Positions 50,880 through 64,000 of a stretch of DNA of 64,000 bases are shown piece by piece. The stretch is from NCBI RefSeq assembly GCF_001194135.2, contig NC_068992.1, positions 31,727,257-31,791,256 on the forward strand, given 5' to 3'. The position numbers were made by a program, and so were the translations under genes. Numbering within the stretch: the stretch's first letter is position 1; every line of letters begins with the position of its first letter. The stretch comes from Octopus bimaculoides (lineage: Eukaryota). Under the pieces are notes generated by a model that made no database searches, was not told where the DNA came from, and was given only the letters and a program-made list of their open reading frames with translations.

Positions 50880-52200
50880 AAAAATTAAATTTTGGCAAAT
50901 TTAAATGAAAAGTCTTTTTAAAAACAAATTTATCTTGGAGAACAACTACTTTGTCTTCAACGATATCTTCTACCGACAAAAATCGGGGACTCCGATGGGT
51001 ACGAGAATGGCCTCCTCCTTTGCTAACCTACTCATAGGATATCCAGAAATTAGTATTTATAATAGGGTTCTACAAAAATACGGCAGCCCATTCTCCCTAT
51101 ACATAGAAAATAACTGGAAGAGATACCTGAATGATTGTTTCATTCTTTGGCATGAAGGTATAGAGAGACTTAAAGAATTTCAAGCATTTCTAAATGGACT
51201 TGACGTAAACATTCAATTCACAATGGAATATAGCCATCAACAACTTCCCTTCCTCGACATCCTTATTAAAAAATATAACAACGTGACAGAAACAGATATA
51301 TACTATAAACCCACGGACTCAAAGCAATATCTATCGTTCAGCTCATGCCACTCCAGAAAAACCAGCATGAATATCCCCTTCAACCTAGCAAACTGGATAT
51401 GTACTATAGTTTCTAATGCAAGTACCAGGGACACTCGACTACACGAACTAAAGGATACTCTCACCACCAGAAACTACCCATCTACACTAATTGACACATG
51501 CTTTCAACGAGCCCTTCAACTCAGCATGCACGAACTCAGACATCCCAAATTAAAGAAGGTCTTACAACCAAAAGCCCTACCATACGTTTCCAGATACAAC
51601 CCTCTTACCAATGAAGCCTTCAACATCATCCTCCAAAACATTCCCCTGCTAAAAATGAACCACAGAATGAACTTAAAACTCCAGACACACACCATCATAA
51701 AAAGCAAGAGAGAGCCTAAATCTATGAAAAGTCTCCTAACACAAGCTTGAATACGCTCAACAACAACACTGAAGCCATCAGTAAAAAAATGCGGTAGACC
51801 CAACTGCGGGATATGCGTCAATTTAATTGAGGGATCAGAGTTCCCCTTCAAACAGGGACACAATTTTACAGTGAAAAGTAACTTCACATGTACTTCGGAG
51901 AACCTGATATACGCACTAACATACTCTGGGTGTCAAGAGCAGAACATAGGCGAAACAGAAAGCAGTCTGTGTCAACGGATGGCTTTGCACAAATCCCAGA
52001 TCAAAATTTCGAAAAAACAGGAAAGTAACATTCAGCCAACACATCGATATTTGCGCCAATAACAAAAATCCAAGTTTCAGAATGTTTCCCCTCTATCAAT
52101 TCAGAGATGATACACCTTACATCCAAAGAATTCGTAAAGAGTCTTTCTTTATCACAAAACACAAACCCCTTCTGAACGCATCTATAACAAATGACATATC
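50880..52200 (+). mobile_element. Penelope-like element: RT C-terminal half and GIY-YIG endonuclease, decayed
   Basis: FYRQKSGTPMGTRMASSFANL, WKRYLNDCF, IQFTMEYS..LPFLD, DIYYKPTDSKQYL..SCH; KCGRPNCGIC; FTCTSENLIYALTYSGCQEQNIGET. Confidence 0.92.
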
Positions 52201-54281
52201 CACCATGACCTTAGAATAACACACACGCAAATATTACAAATGATAAACTCCAAAGAGATACTCAAGGAATAATGAAAACATTTTTAAATATTAAAAAACA
52301 ACCCCACTCACTGCTCACTCGACTAGTTACTATCACACTATCCCGCATTCTATTATTACTCTTTCTCTTCTTCTACCCATCCTTCTTCTTCTCCGTCGTC
52401 TTCTTCGTCTTCTTCTTCTTTTCCACCACCTCCTCCCTTACTTTGTTACTACTACTGCTGTTTAGAATAACACCTACGCAAACATAATATATTCAAAAGG
52501 CATTTCTCAAGAATTCAAATCATTACTCCCGTCATCAACAGGTCATCTTCAGGACACTTAACCAATTAACACTCTGCTACTATCATAGCACTCCCACATC
52601 TTCTTCTTCTTCTTCTTCTTCTTCTTCTTCTTCTTCTTCTTCTTCTTCTTCTTCTTCTTCTTCTTCTTCTTCTTCTTCTCCTTCTCCAAGAATTCACAAC
52701 GACCGTGAACCCACAAGAGTTAACAAAAGAAACAAAGACAGACAGAAACAAGGAACATGCCCCATGGTATTCGAATGCTGTGCAAATATGTTTTTCAACA
52801 GACTTTTCATNNNNNNNNNNNNNNNNNNNNNNNNNNNNNNNNNNNNNNNNNNNNNNNNNNNNNNNNNNNNNNNNNNNNNNNNNNNNNNNNNNNNNNNNNN
52901 NNNNNNNNNNNNNNNNNNNNNNNNNNNNNNNNNNNNNNNNNNNNNNNNNNNNNNNNNNNNNNNNNNNNNNNNNNNNNNNNNNNNNNNNNNNNNNNNNNNN
53001 NNNNNNNNNNNNNNNNNNNNNNNNNNNNNNNNNNNNNNNNNNNNNNNNNNNNNNNNNNNNNNNNNNNNNNNNNNNNNNNNNNNNNNNNNNNNNNNNNNNN
53101 NNNNNNNNNNNNNNNNNNNNNNNNNNNNNNNNNNNNNNNNNNNNNNNNNNNNNNNNNNNNNNNNNNNNNNNNNNNNNNNNNNATATATATATATATATAT
53201 ATACGACGAACTTCTTTTCGTTTCCTAGTTTCCGTCAACCAAACCCACTCAGAAGGTTTTGGTCAACCCGAGGCCATAGTAGAAACATATGCCCAAGTTG
53301 CCATGTAGCAGTACTACTGAATCTAGAATAATGTGATTGTGTGTGTGTGTGTGTGTGGGGGTGTGTGTATAATCATACATGCATAAATAGGTGCATACAC
53401 ACACACACATGTTTATTTTACTATTTCCTTGAATAAGGACATTCAACTTTGAATTTTCATGCCTTTCACATACTTCTGTTTTTTTTTCTTTTTTAACATT
53501 TTCTGAGAAAGGTAATTTATACATTTTAGCAATGAAAGATTAGATGCTCTTGTTATAGTTTGTGATATTTTGTATCTATCTAAGCGGCGAATAAATCGTA
53601 ACATCTTTGATATCCATATAACTGAAAGGAAAAAGTATTTGGAGATGCTTGTTTAGAAAATCTTCAATTACACATTTATTACATCTTTGGATAAAAAGTG
53701 CATTAGCATTTATACCTTTTCTGAGTACACGTACTAAACATCTCTTTGTAATGGATTTGCTTCTTGCAATTTCGTAACAGGGCTTTCTACATACATGCAT
53801 ATATATACAGAGTGCAAGCACATAGAAGCAAATTATAAGATTATGCTGAACTAGTACGCGAAAAATTCTATGTAAACAAATTTAAGACGTTTTCCTTCAA
53901 ATAAAGTATAAGAAGCGCAGGAATAAATTTGTTTATACTTTTATAGTCACCTTTATCTAATGACTTTTTCTGTTAAAGACATTTCTGATAGGGTTATCAC
54001 TCAACGTACTTATACTTTTGTTGAAACAATTGTACTTTGTGTGTCATAGATTTTTAAACACAAAGATATGACCAGGTTGTTAGATTGTTATGAAGCAGTT
54101 TACTTTCCTATTTTAGGCAGGGGCTTATCGACAAGCGACTAAAATCGCGTAGGCATACATGTATGCACACACAATATATATACATATATACAGAGAGAGA
54201 GGAAGAGACAGAGAAAGAGAGAGACGAAAAACAGTGAGAGAGAGAACGAGACAGACGGAAGGAGAGAATGAGAGAGAGGGA

Positions 54282-54360
<79 letters not shown>

Positions 54361-55899
54361 CATTGAAAAGTTCCTCGCTTGGGTTAAAGGAAATACATGA
54401 TGATCAATTATTGATGATTTTACTCAACATTTTCCCCTCGCAGATTTACACACTTCAATTTTACTCACCCCTATAAAATGACTCAAAATGACTAGCGATA
54501 GCCTTAAAGTCAGGATATTTTCAGTGGCCCCTCGTATACTTGTTATATCTTTAAACACAGCACATCCATGAGAGATATTATCGGAGGAATAATACAGCAG
54601 GAAATACATGCCTCGTTATTTTAATTTAAAGCTGCCTTTGTAGCGTATAATGAATTTTACTCAGCCAAGCGGTAGTTGACAACACCCGTGAACATTTATT
54701 CTCTATTTTGTCATTATATACCGGTGGGGACATGTTTCGCCTAACGTTGCAGATTTCTGTGAGTAACCCTTATTGACAGTAATCAGTAGGGAGAAATGCA
54801 TTTGACGATTTCACTACCTTTTGCTTGAATGATTTTCCTTTCTTTGCGATCTATATTGAGTATCCGAACAGAGCAGGCCTTTACGAGTCATTTTCTCAAG
54901 AAGAATACCGCTATAAATTGCCGTTCACGATGTATTTACATTATGTATGATACTGAGATGAATATATATAAACATGTAACACCTCCCTCCCACACATATA
55001 TATACATTCATACACATATATCCATATACACATGCATATGTATGAGTGTGTTTGTACATGCATGAATATTCTTCGTATGCGCTGTTCGAAAATCATTTCG
55101 GGTTAGCGTTATATCTACCCCCTACAAAGAATGCATATTGACATGAGTTTGTGACATGATGACCTTTCTTTTTGCATTCAGATAATATTAATCATGTGTG
55201 AATTGATTATATCTGCTCTCACAGATGTTAGAAAGTGTTTTCTGCAATCTTAATAATCCGTGATTTTTTACCTTCAATTCATAGATTTCAGAAATCTTAT
55301 GGAACTTGAAGATGTGTACATTGATTGTAACTCATGAGTGTGAGTAAATGTATAAGCAAAAAAGTTCCCATTAACCCTGTATCACAATTGATAGACTGCA
55401 TTGTTGAATGCGGACGTTGTCAAATTAATAGTGTCGTATACCTCGGAAACTGACTTCATCGGCACTGACCTATGATTAAAAGAAGTGGTGACAGGCGGAA
55501 AGAATAACCAGGAAAATCCTTGGAAAACAAGACGCTTCGCATAGTAGGTGGTATCTTATATATTTCCAGACATTTCTAAATCCAGCTATGTGGTGGACTA
55601 TTAAAATTTTCTTTATAGTCTTTCCAGGCCATCGTCAAATTTTTGTGTCGTTTATGACAATCTTCCAAAGTCATCTTATTAATGAGTAGCTGAATGTTAC
55701 ATAGAACCACGTTTACATCCTTTTTGCACCTTAGGGAATATGTCACTTTCTATTAAAAATAAATAAATAAAAATTATAGGCATATTCTGTCAAGATGGAT
55801 GTTAGTATTTTATACATTGTTGTTAATTAGTTTATTGGTCTAATTTTTTGTTCATTTGTTTCTTCATTTTTGGAAGTAGGAATATTTCACAATTAGGTA

Positions 55900-58030
55900 G
55901 CCAAGAAGGAATCCTACTAGGTTGTTGCGAATCATTCTTATAAAGATTTGTTAGCAGTTTATGCCTCTCTGGGAAGGTATTAAACCTGAAGTTAGGAATT
56001 TTATCGTTTCCGGAAGATACCTTTTGGTTGACTTAATGACAGCTGATCTTACATACTCTACCTTGGTACCCTCCGCTTTTGCTCTTCTGTGGTGTCTCTA
56101 AGTTAGTAGATATTTTATTAATCCTACCACTCCAAGGGGCCTTTTTATTGTGTGTTTCGCCTTCTGCCCAAATTTTATTTCAACATTCCAGCACTTCTTT
56201 TGAATGGACAGGCTATACTTTAACTGTTGTTTGCTCTATCATCCTGTAAAAGATTTTTGTCTTATTTTTGAACATGTTGTTCTTGAAGAATCTAGCACTC
56301 TTTTCGTATCGTGCTATGCATCCAGCTTTAGCATATACTTTATGTTTGATAGTTCCTATGGTGGTATCGATGTGAAGTATGGTGTTCATATATTTTTTCT
56401 TTAATTTTCGGATTTTATTTTGGTTTGATAGTCTTGTCAAACTTAAAAACTTAAGGTGTTTTAAACATTCTATGTCAGACCTAAGTAACTGAATTTGGTG
56501 TTGAATACGCTCTTGCCAAGAAGGCTTTTTGTGGCAAAGTTGTCATTTTCTAATCTTTTCACCAGATAGAATCATCGAGATTTTCGCGGATGCATGTTTC
56601 ACATGGTTAAGATCACCATTAGCTGAAATGATATCCCTAAGTTCAAGGCGGACTCTACCATTTCCTTCCAGGTTTTGGTTAGAGTTCGAATTTTTGGGAG
56701 CGCGTCACATTCATTCATACTTGTGTCTTTAATTTTCAGTCATTCAATCATGATTTAATTTTTTTAGATCATCTAGTTTAGTTGGGTCAACTTCTGTGTG
56801 ACTTACTTCATGTGTTTGAATTTCATCTGCCTTGGTGCTTATGGTTATTTAAAAAGGTATTTCACTTTACTTATCAGTTACATTAACTATTTCTATCATT
56901 ACTGCATTTTCATCTGTCCTGGGCTGGTGTATAACTATTTCCTCTGTAGTATCTTCTTTAGCTTGGGCAGCAAGCTGGCAGGAACGTTAGCATGCTGGGC
57001 AAAATGCTTAGCGGTAATTCGTCTGCCATTACGTTCTGAGTTCAAATTCCGCCGAGGTCGACTTTGGCTTTCATCCTTTCAGGGTCGATAAATTAAGTAC
57101 TAGTCATGCACTGCGGTCGATGTAATCGACTTAATCGCTTTGTCTGTCCTTGCTTGTCTACTCTATGTTTAGCCTCTTGTCAGTAATAAAGAAATAAAAA
57201 AAAAGGTTAGCATGCCGGGCGAAATGCTTGGCGGCATTTAATTTGTCTTTACGTTCTGAGGTCAAATTCTGATGAAGTCGACTTTGCCTTTGATCCTTTC
57301 GGGGTTGATAGATTAATTACCAATTTCGTACTGGGGTAAATCTCATCGACTGACCCCCCCCCCCAAGTTTGGGCCCTGTGCTTAGAATAGAGAAGTATCT
57401 TCTTTAGCTGCAAATTCATTCCCTTAACTCCTTATTGATTGATTATTTTGTTTAATATCTAATTCAATTAGTAACTTCCTTTTCGTAATGTTTCTTCTTA
57501 TTTTGGCAAGTTTGTTACTGTCTATGTCGGGACATGTTTAGTTCGTTTTTTTCAGTATTAGATTTATTTGTGGGGAAATACATGGCATGAGAGAAGGCCT
57601 TAAGGACGTCTTTATTGTCTCCCCTAGACTATTTTTCATCTTGTTTCTTTTGGTTATTTGATGACGAGCGTGGATGGCCATTTGTTGGAATATTCCGGTT
57701 GTGGGGTACTTCAGGCTCCTGTGTTTCAGGAAGATTTGAACCACTAGCTGATTTTTCGTTTCGAGTCTGGTTCCTCACTGGGGTATGCAACCCTAGTTTA
57801 TACGAGTACGGTTGATCCGGTTTGGGTTTTTTTTTCTTAGTTATCATTGAGGCCGGACGAGCTTGGGCGTTGACATGACGGACATGCCTGTTTAGGTTTA
57901 ATTTTTGAGATAACACCGCCTCCGATTTCTCTGAATGAGGACATTTCTCGTAACGTAGCTTCTCAAAGATAATAGATCTGTATTCATCTGTATCTTTTTT
58001 GTTGAATGATTTATCTCCGGTTATATTATT
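55900..58030 (-). mobile_element. R4/Dong-like element, N-terminal half, decayed, interrupted by a SINE dimer
   Basis: KVYAKAGCIARYEKSARFFKNNMFKNKTKIFYRMI; KIWAEGETHNKKAPW..SGNDKIPNF. Confidence 0.7.
56964..57393 (+). mobile_element. Nested SINE dimer (type-1 SINE within the head of a type-2 SINE) with a 16-bp target-site duplication
   Basis: AGTATCTTCTTTAGCT at 56948-56963 and 57394-57409; type-1 tail ..TAATAAAGAAATAA followed by A-run and GGTTAGCATGCCGGGCG at about 57205. Confidence 0.88.
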
Positions 58031-58586
58031 TCGTGATGTTTTTCAACTAATGAATTGTTCACTCTGTGTTAGTACGAAATAGAAAAGAAAAATGTATTTG
58101 CTGCGTTAGTGATACGTGCTTTCATACGCGTGTATGTCTCCTGTAAATTTCACGTAGTTCTGTAAACATTGGGATGTATGTGTATGGGAATTAAAATTTA
58201 TATGATTGTGTAGACATTCGAGTTTTTACATTAAATTCTATAGTTTGTAAGCATTCCGATGTTGATTTAGCATGTGCATTTCGCACATGTTTCACTGAGA
58301 TCTCGCGCATGGGAGAGAATGTGCTTCATATGGCAGTAAAATTTAGTTTTTGTGATTATTTTCGTTAAAAGCCATTTCCTTCCAGTCTTCCACAGGTTCC
58401 TCTATCCCATTCCACCGATGTTATTACATTAGATTTTTAGATTTGTGTTTGACTAGAGAGCCTAGTGTAGCTCATTCATGTTGTTATTCAGCGCAGCACT
58501 GAATTTCTTCTTCTTCTTCTTCTTCTTCTTCTTCTTCTTCTTCTTCTTCTTCTTCTTCTTCTTCTTCTTCTTCTTCTTCTTCTTCT

Positions 58587-59682
58587 CATTCAATAATCTT
58601 ATTTTCATCACGCGATTTCACTGCACTACCGACCGCAGCTCTGTGTGCCTTGGACATGGGATGGCTTTTGTTGTGATGCTCTTATTTTCACTGTATTGAA
58701 AGTGTTTTACGTAGGATGTGTGCGGTCCATAATTAGTGCAATTTTCTGTATGCTATATACACTTGTAAGTATTTGGGGGTTTTGCTATGTACTTGCATGA
58801 ATTTTATTTTATCATACCTAATGCCCCTACTATAGCAGGAATACTTTGTTTTTAGACTTCACATTCACGGTACCTCTATTTCCAGATCCTTGTATTTTGA
58901 TAATTTCCCCCGTTTCTTTTAGAGAAACATTGTCATTTGTTACTATTGATACATCGATTAGAAAGCATCTTTCTTGGAGCTCTCTGACAACTATACCTGT
59001 CCTAGTGGACTTAACTTCTGTATCTCTGGGTATTGGTATATCCCACAGTATGGCTGCTTTCTCATTTCCTGTAACCTGGCCTGGCATGTGCTTATTCCAT
59101 AATTTTTTTCTGTCTTTATTCCATAGCTTTGGCATAGCCTCCAATGTATGTAGATCCCAACTTGGTCGTGTATGTGAATATATTCCTTCTTAGCTAGGAC
59201 TGAGCAACCAAAGTCAATACGATTTATTGTTTCTTCTCCATCTCCACATATTCAGCTTTTACTTCTATTTCATTTCATTGCATATTTTTGATGATTTCTG
59301 GTGGGAAGGTTTTCATATTGTGCTGTAATTAAAATTCCTTCAGTCTCTGCTTTTTCATTCCTGGGCCTCTCTGCCATTCTTGGGATTTTTCATTGTCTAT
59401 ATATTTTCTATATACAAACTACTTTGCTTCCAGAGGTGAATTATCCAAACCCCAAAGAATTCTTTTCAAGATATGGCTATGATGGTCCCCCAATACTTCT
59501 GAAAGTGATCAGAAATGCCCATGTCATCAGCCACTAAGGAACACGCTCAACAGGTTGGTCATGTAACTGACGAGCAAATCTGTGGCATGGAGCAGAATAT
59601 TTGCTAAACGATGTACATGATAGCACTTCCAATCAGTTAAGATCAGAAGCCATGAGAGCCACTACCTGGTACTCCATCTGGG
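58587..59682 (-). mobile_element. R4/Dong-like element 3' fragment flanked on both sides by (TTC)n
   Basis: LWNKHMPGQVTGNEKAAILWDIPI..CFLIDVSI..DNVSLKET; QKIAL..TAHILRKTLSIQ*; (TTC)n at about 58505-58586 and 59683-59818. Confidence 0.8.
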
Positions 59683-60325
<643 letters not shown>

Positions 60326-60867
60326 AATCGCATTTAGCTTTCATAATTTCTCACAATGTAGTTTTAACGGAGTATAGATGTCTGTTGAAATGTTAAGCAA
60401 TGTTAAATACAAATTTTCAACACTAGATTGTTCAAATTTCTTTCCCAATATTGATATTAAATGTTTGTATTTGGATTTCCTGCTTCGTTCGCATATAATT
60501 TTTCCCTTTCTGCTATTTACCTCTTTGCTTCGTATTCGTTCGCAGCTTTGTTCCTTTTGAATTTATTTTCTTCACATATATTTGAAACAAATTTTAAACT
60601 TATTGAAGTTAAACTCGAAAATATTTGCTATAAGTAAACAACAAATCCAATGTTTATTAATTTAGATAAATAAATCAGCCTATATTATTGTTGTTTAGCA
60701 ATAATTTTGCTAGGGTTTTTATTTCGATGTGTATTTACAAAATTACAAATGAATATTTTTTGAAGATTAAGAGAATATATTTTAGGTGAAATAAAAGTGT
60801 CAAAAGGTATATATATATATATATATATATATGCGTATGGTTAATTNNNNNNNNNNTATATATATAT

Positions 60868-60903
<36 letters not shown>

Positions 60904-62329
60904 ATGTCTCAACAACCTTATTGCATCGGTGGTTCCGCGGGTTAAAGAGCAATTATGACTCACCAATGTCTTGAAAATATGCTGCTTATTTCATTTGCGT
61001 TGCAAAATGTCCACCTGGATTAGACTTGTTTCTTAAACTGCGTATTATTTCAGCAGTATGAATTGATAAAAAAATTACACTATGATATATGCGTGTGAAA
61101 TATTTCCGTCACTTTTTTCAACTTGCACAGTCAATAATTTTGAATATAGTATAAAACGACATTTATTTGTACAAAACTTTACTGATTTCATTGCTTGTTT
61201 CCTTGATATACAAAATTCAAACATTTTGAAATCTTAATACAGAAACAATTTTCCTCTTTTTTAATGGAAATGCAATTATGCTTTGAATGTGAAAATCTTA
61301 TAAAACGATGTGAATTTTAAAGACTACAGGTCCCGTTTAAAGTTATTAGGATCATTGATTATAAAAATTCACATACTATTCAGGTATCGAAAATAATTGA
61401 TACTCTATTGAAATTACAGAATGAGAAAATTAATTGTTAGTAAGCGTTATTTCTTGTTGTATTCAATCTAGAATAATACGATATGATTTGTTTACAATAT
61501 TTGCAATCTAAACAACTGATCGATTGAACCGTGTATACAAAGTTAATTTTTTTACTTCAGTTTAATCAAATAAGATGTTTTGATACGACCGGAAACAACA
61601 AAATATGATTTTTAAAAAATTTAGCAGATTGTTTTAAATAAAAGAAAATCTTCAGCTGCATTCAAACATTGTCTTTATTTTCGGCTTGCAAAAAGAGTGT
61701 ATTAGCCTATCAAAACCTATTCATCAGGTCTGCAACATTAATCTCCAAGATTTTCTTCTCAATTTAGTTCATATATAAGACACTCCGATGCAATTCTAGC
61801 AAAATCAGGATGAAGGGTTGTCCCAGAAACATGAATGTTAGAAAATATGTTTATGAAAACGTATGGCTAATTTTTATATCTTTGTATGTTGGATATATAA
61901 TATAACAAAGCAGTGGTGAAGCAAATATTTACACTACTATTACAGGAGTTTCAACGTTCTCAACCTCCAATGACAGTGAACTGCTTGCAACCCGAACAGC
62001 CCATCGCTCACAGTTCTTTCTTTATAACAATGAGGCAGTCAACAGTTAGTATCTTGAGGAGTGGTCAGAATCTTTCCACAGCAATAATAAGAAAAGAGGA
62101 TTGCTCAATATTCAATGTTAAAATATTTTTTGGAGTTAATATGAAGTTCTATATAAGAAACAAATATATTATCTGGAGAAGCAGCAAGAGTTTACCTTGC
62201 CATCTCTGAGGAATTCCTATTCATCAATTGAATTATACCACTGAGAAAATTTGATAAACCCTGAGTCGATGAGGTTGCAGACTCCAGGCATAATTTCTGT
62301 CTTCACCTCGGATTATGAATGTTGACGTA

Positions 62330-62361
62330 TATACATACATACGCACGCACACATATATATG

Positions 62362-62412
<51 letters not shown>

Positions 62413-62560
62413 ATACATACACACACACATATATATATAAACACACACGCGTATATATATATTTATATATATATATACACATACATACACATACATACAT
62501 ATACACACATACATACACACACATACACACACATATATATACATAAGCATAATATACATG
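62330..62560. repeat. (TA)n/(CA)n/(TACA)n microsatellite mosaic, representative of many in the window
   Basis: Read directly; similar tracts border most N gaps. Confidence 0.95.
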
Positions 62561-64000
62561 AATATAGGCATGATTGCTAACGTGCACATTTAATGGACTC
62601 ATATCTGTGTGTCCTTGTTTGTTTTTAGAGATTAGAAAAGTCAAATCTGAATTCTCTCTGAAATAAATCTAGATTCAAATTTTCTCTGCCGTGTTATTGG
62701 AACATTCAGTATAGCTCTTCCAGTGAAGAATATATTGATTATTTCGGTGAGGAAATTTATGAAGCAGATAATTTCTGTAATTGAAGATTGTTATACAAAC
62801 AATAATAGAAACAGATATATGTCTCAAAGTGATTAATTCACAGAGATATTATTCATAAAGATTTGATTTTCTTGTAACATTGAATATTGGCGGAAATATT
62901 GCCGAGTGAACATGGAAATTATTGGCTCCCTGCAGTTAACTACTGACATCAGTGGCAAGCAAATTGAATATCTAACCTTACCAATCGATTGACTTTTCTG
63001 ACAGAAACAAGTTCGGCATTGACAAAGTTGTTGCACTAGTTTAATCCACATCACATGCTTTCTCCTACTTGAAAGCAATGTGTTCCAGGTATGCTAATTC
63101 CAGACGAGGTTGTACCACGTATGTGACAACTTATTTGGTTTGTAATTAATATTTACTTCTGGAAGAATAATATTCACTGGATTAATTGATACTTCATCCA
63201 ACTGATATGCAACCACTTTTTATTTCATGAGGGAGATCAGGTTGACAACCCTTTGTTTTCATATTTATTCCTATATACTATGGAATACATATAGTAAATA
63301 GCAGAAGATAACATTGTACACATGTTTATCCAGCAAAATGTTTATTTTAAACGTCAATGGAAAAAAAAATTGCAAACAACCATAGTATACACCTGTGCTG
63401 TCTGCAACTAAAACATTCATTATATTTCATAGAATGCCCATTTAACGATAAATTTTCTTTTATTTGATTTCGATAAAAGTGCGTATATACCGCAAATTTT
63501 TAATTAATTGGTTAGAGATATTAGAATTACTTTTTTGAAGTAATGAGACACAAATTCATTATAAACATCCAAACGAGCTACAATACAATGATAACAAGGA
63601 TAAGAACAAAAATAAACTCCGCATCACGAGTGAGTATTTTGCAGCTAATTCCAAACGGGATGTATGACGTAAAGATTATTGGACAGCATGATGCCTTCAC
63701 CTATAATCGATTAATATTGCAGTGCATTGCAGCGATTGGTCATAATTAAACAAAATAAATGTTGGCATCAGTAAGAAGATATATCGCACTTTAATCCAAC
63801 ATTTCACTGATACATTAAACACAAGGGATTAAACACACCGATACAAACATTAATAGACATCCACACATCCACACACGCGAGTGCACACAAAATGCATACT
63901 CACTAAATTATATTAATGTAAATACACCCCCACCCCCACCCCCACACACACCCCACACCCACACACATATATATACATACATATATACACACAAACGTAC

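Noticed and set aside
52530-52555. Antisense CTGAAGATGACC near the Penelope 3' end
   Set aside because: No closing stem II or GAAA on that strand.
61900-63200. Possible decayed coding sequence (several 40-60 codon open stretches, IPGTHCFQ on the minus strand)
   Set aside because: Could not be assigned to any family by eye; left uncalled.

Overview
AT-rich, microsatellite-dense animal genomic DNA with many assembly gaps (N runs). The repeat families look like those of an octopod cephalopod; this is inference from recalled repeat similarity, not a search. I recognise no host protein-coding exon, tRNA, rRNA or CRISPR. All recognisable coding sequence is decayed transposon: Tx1/L1-clade LINEs, R4/Dong-like and HERO-like RLE retrotransposons, RTE, Penelope-like elements, a Ty3/Gypsy half-element, and Tc1 and mariner transposases, plus several SINE families. 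The most notable signal is non-random nesting by a group of Tx1-like elements and a SINE that share a 3' stem-loop+AATAAA tail. (i) Two Tx1-like elements are stacked at one site in the terminal inverted repeat of a small TA-flanked MITE. (ii) Another Tx1-like LINE and its tail-sharing SINE end at the same position in tRNA-derived SINE heads at two loci. (iii) A third tail type sits in (AAT)n tracts. In addition, a tRNA-headed SINE and a second non-autonomous family carry degenerate minimal hammerhead-ribozyme folds. Element boundaries are approximate unless stated to the base.
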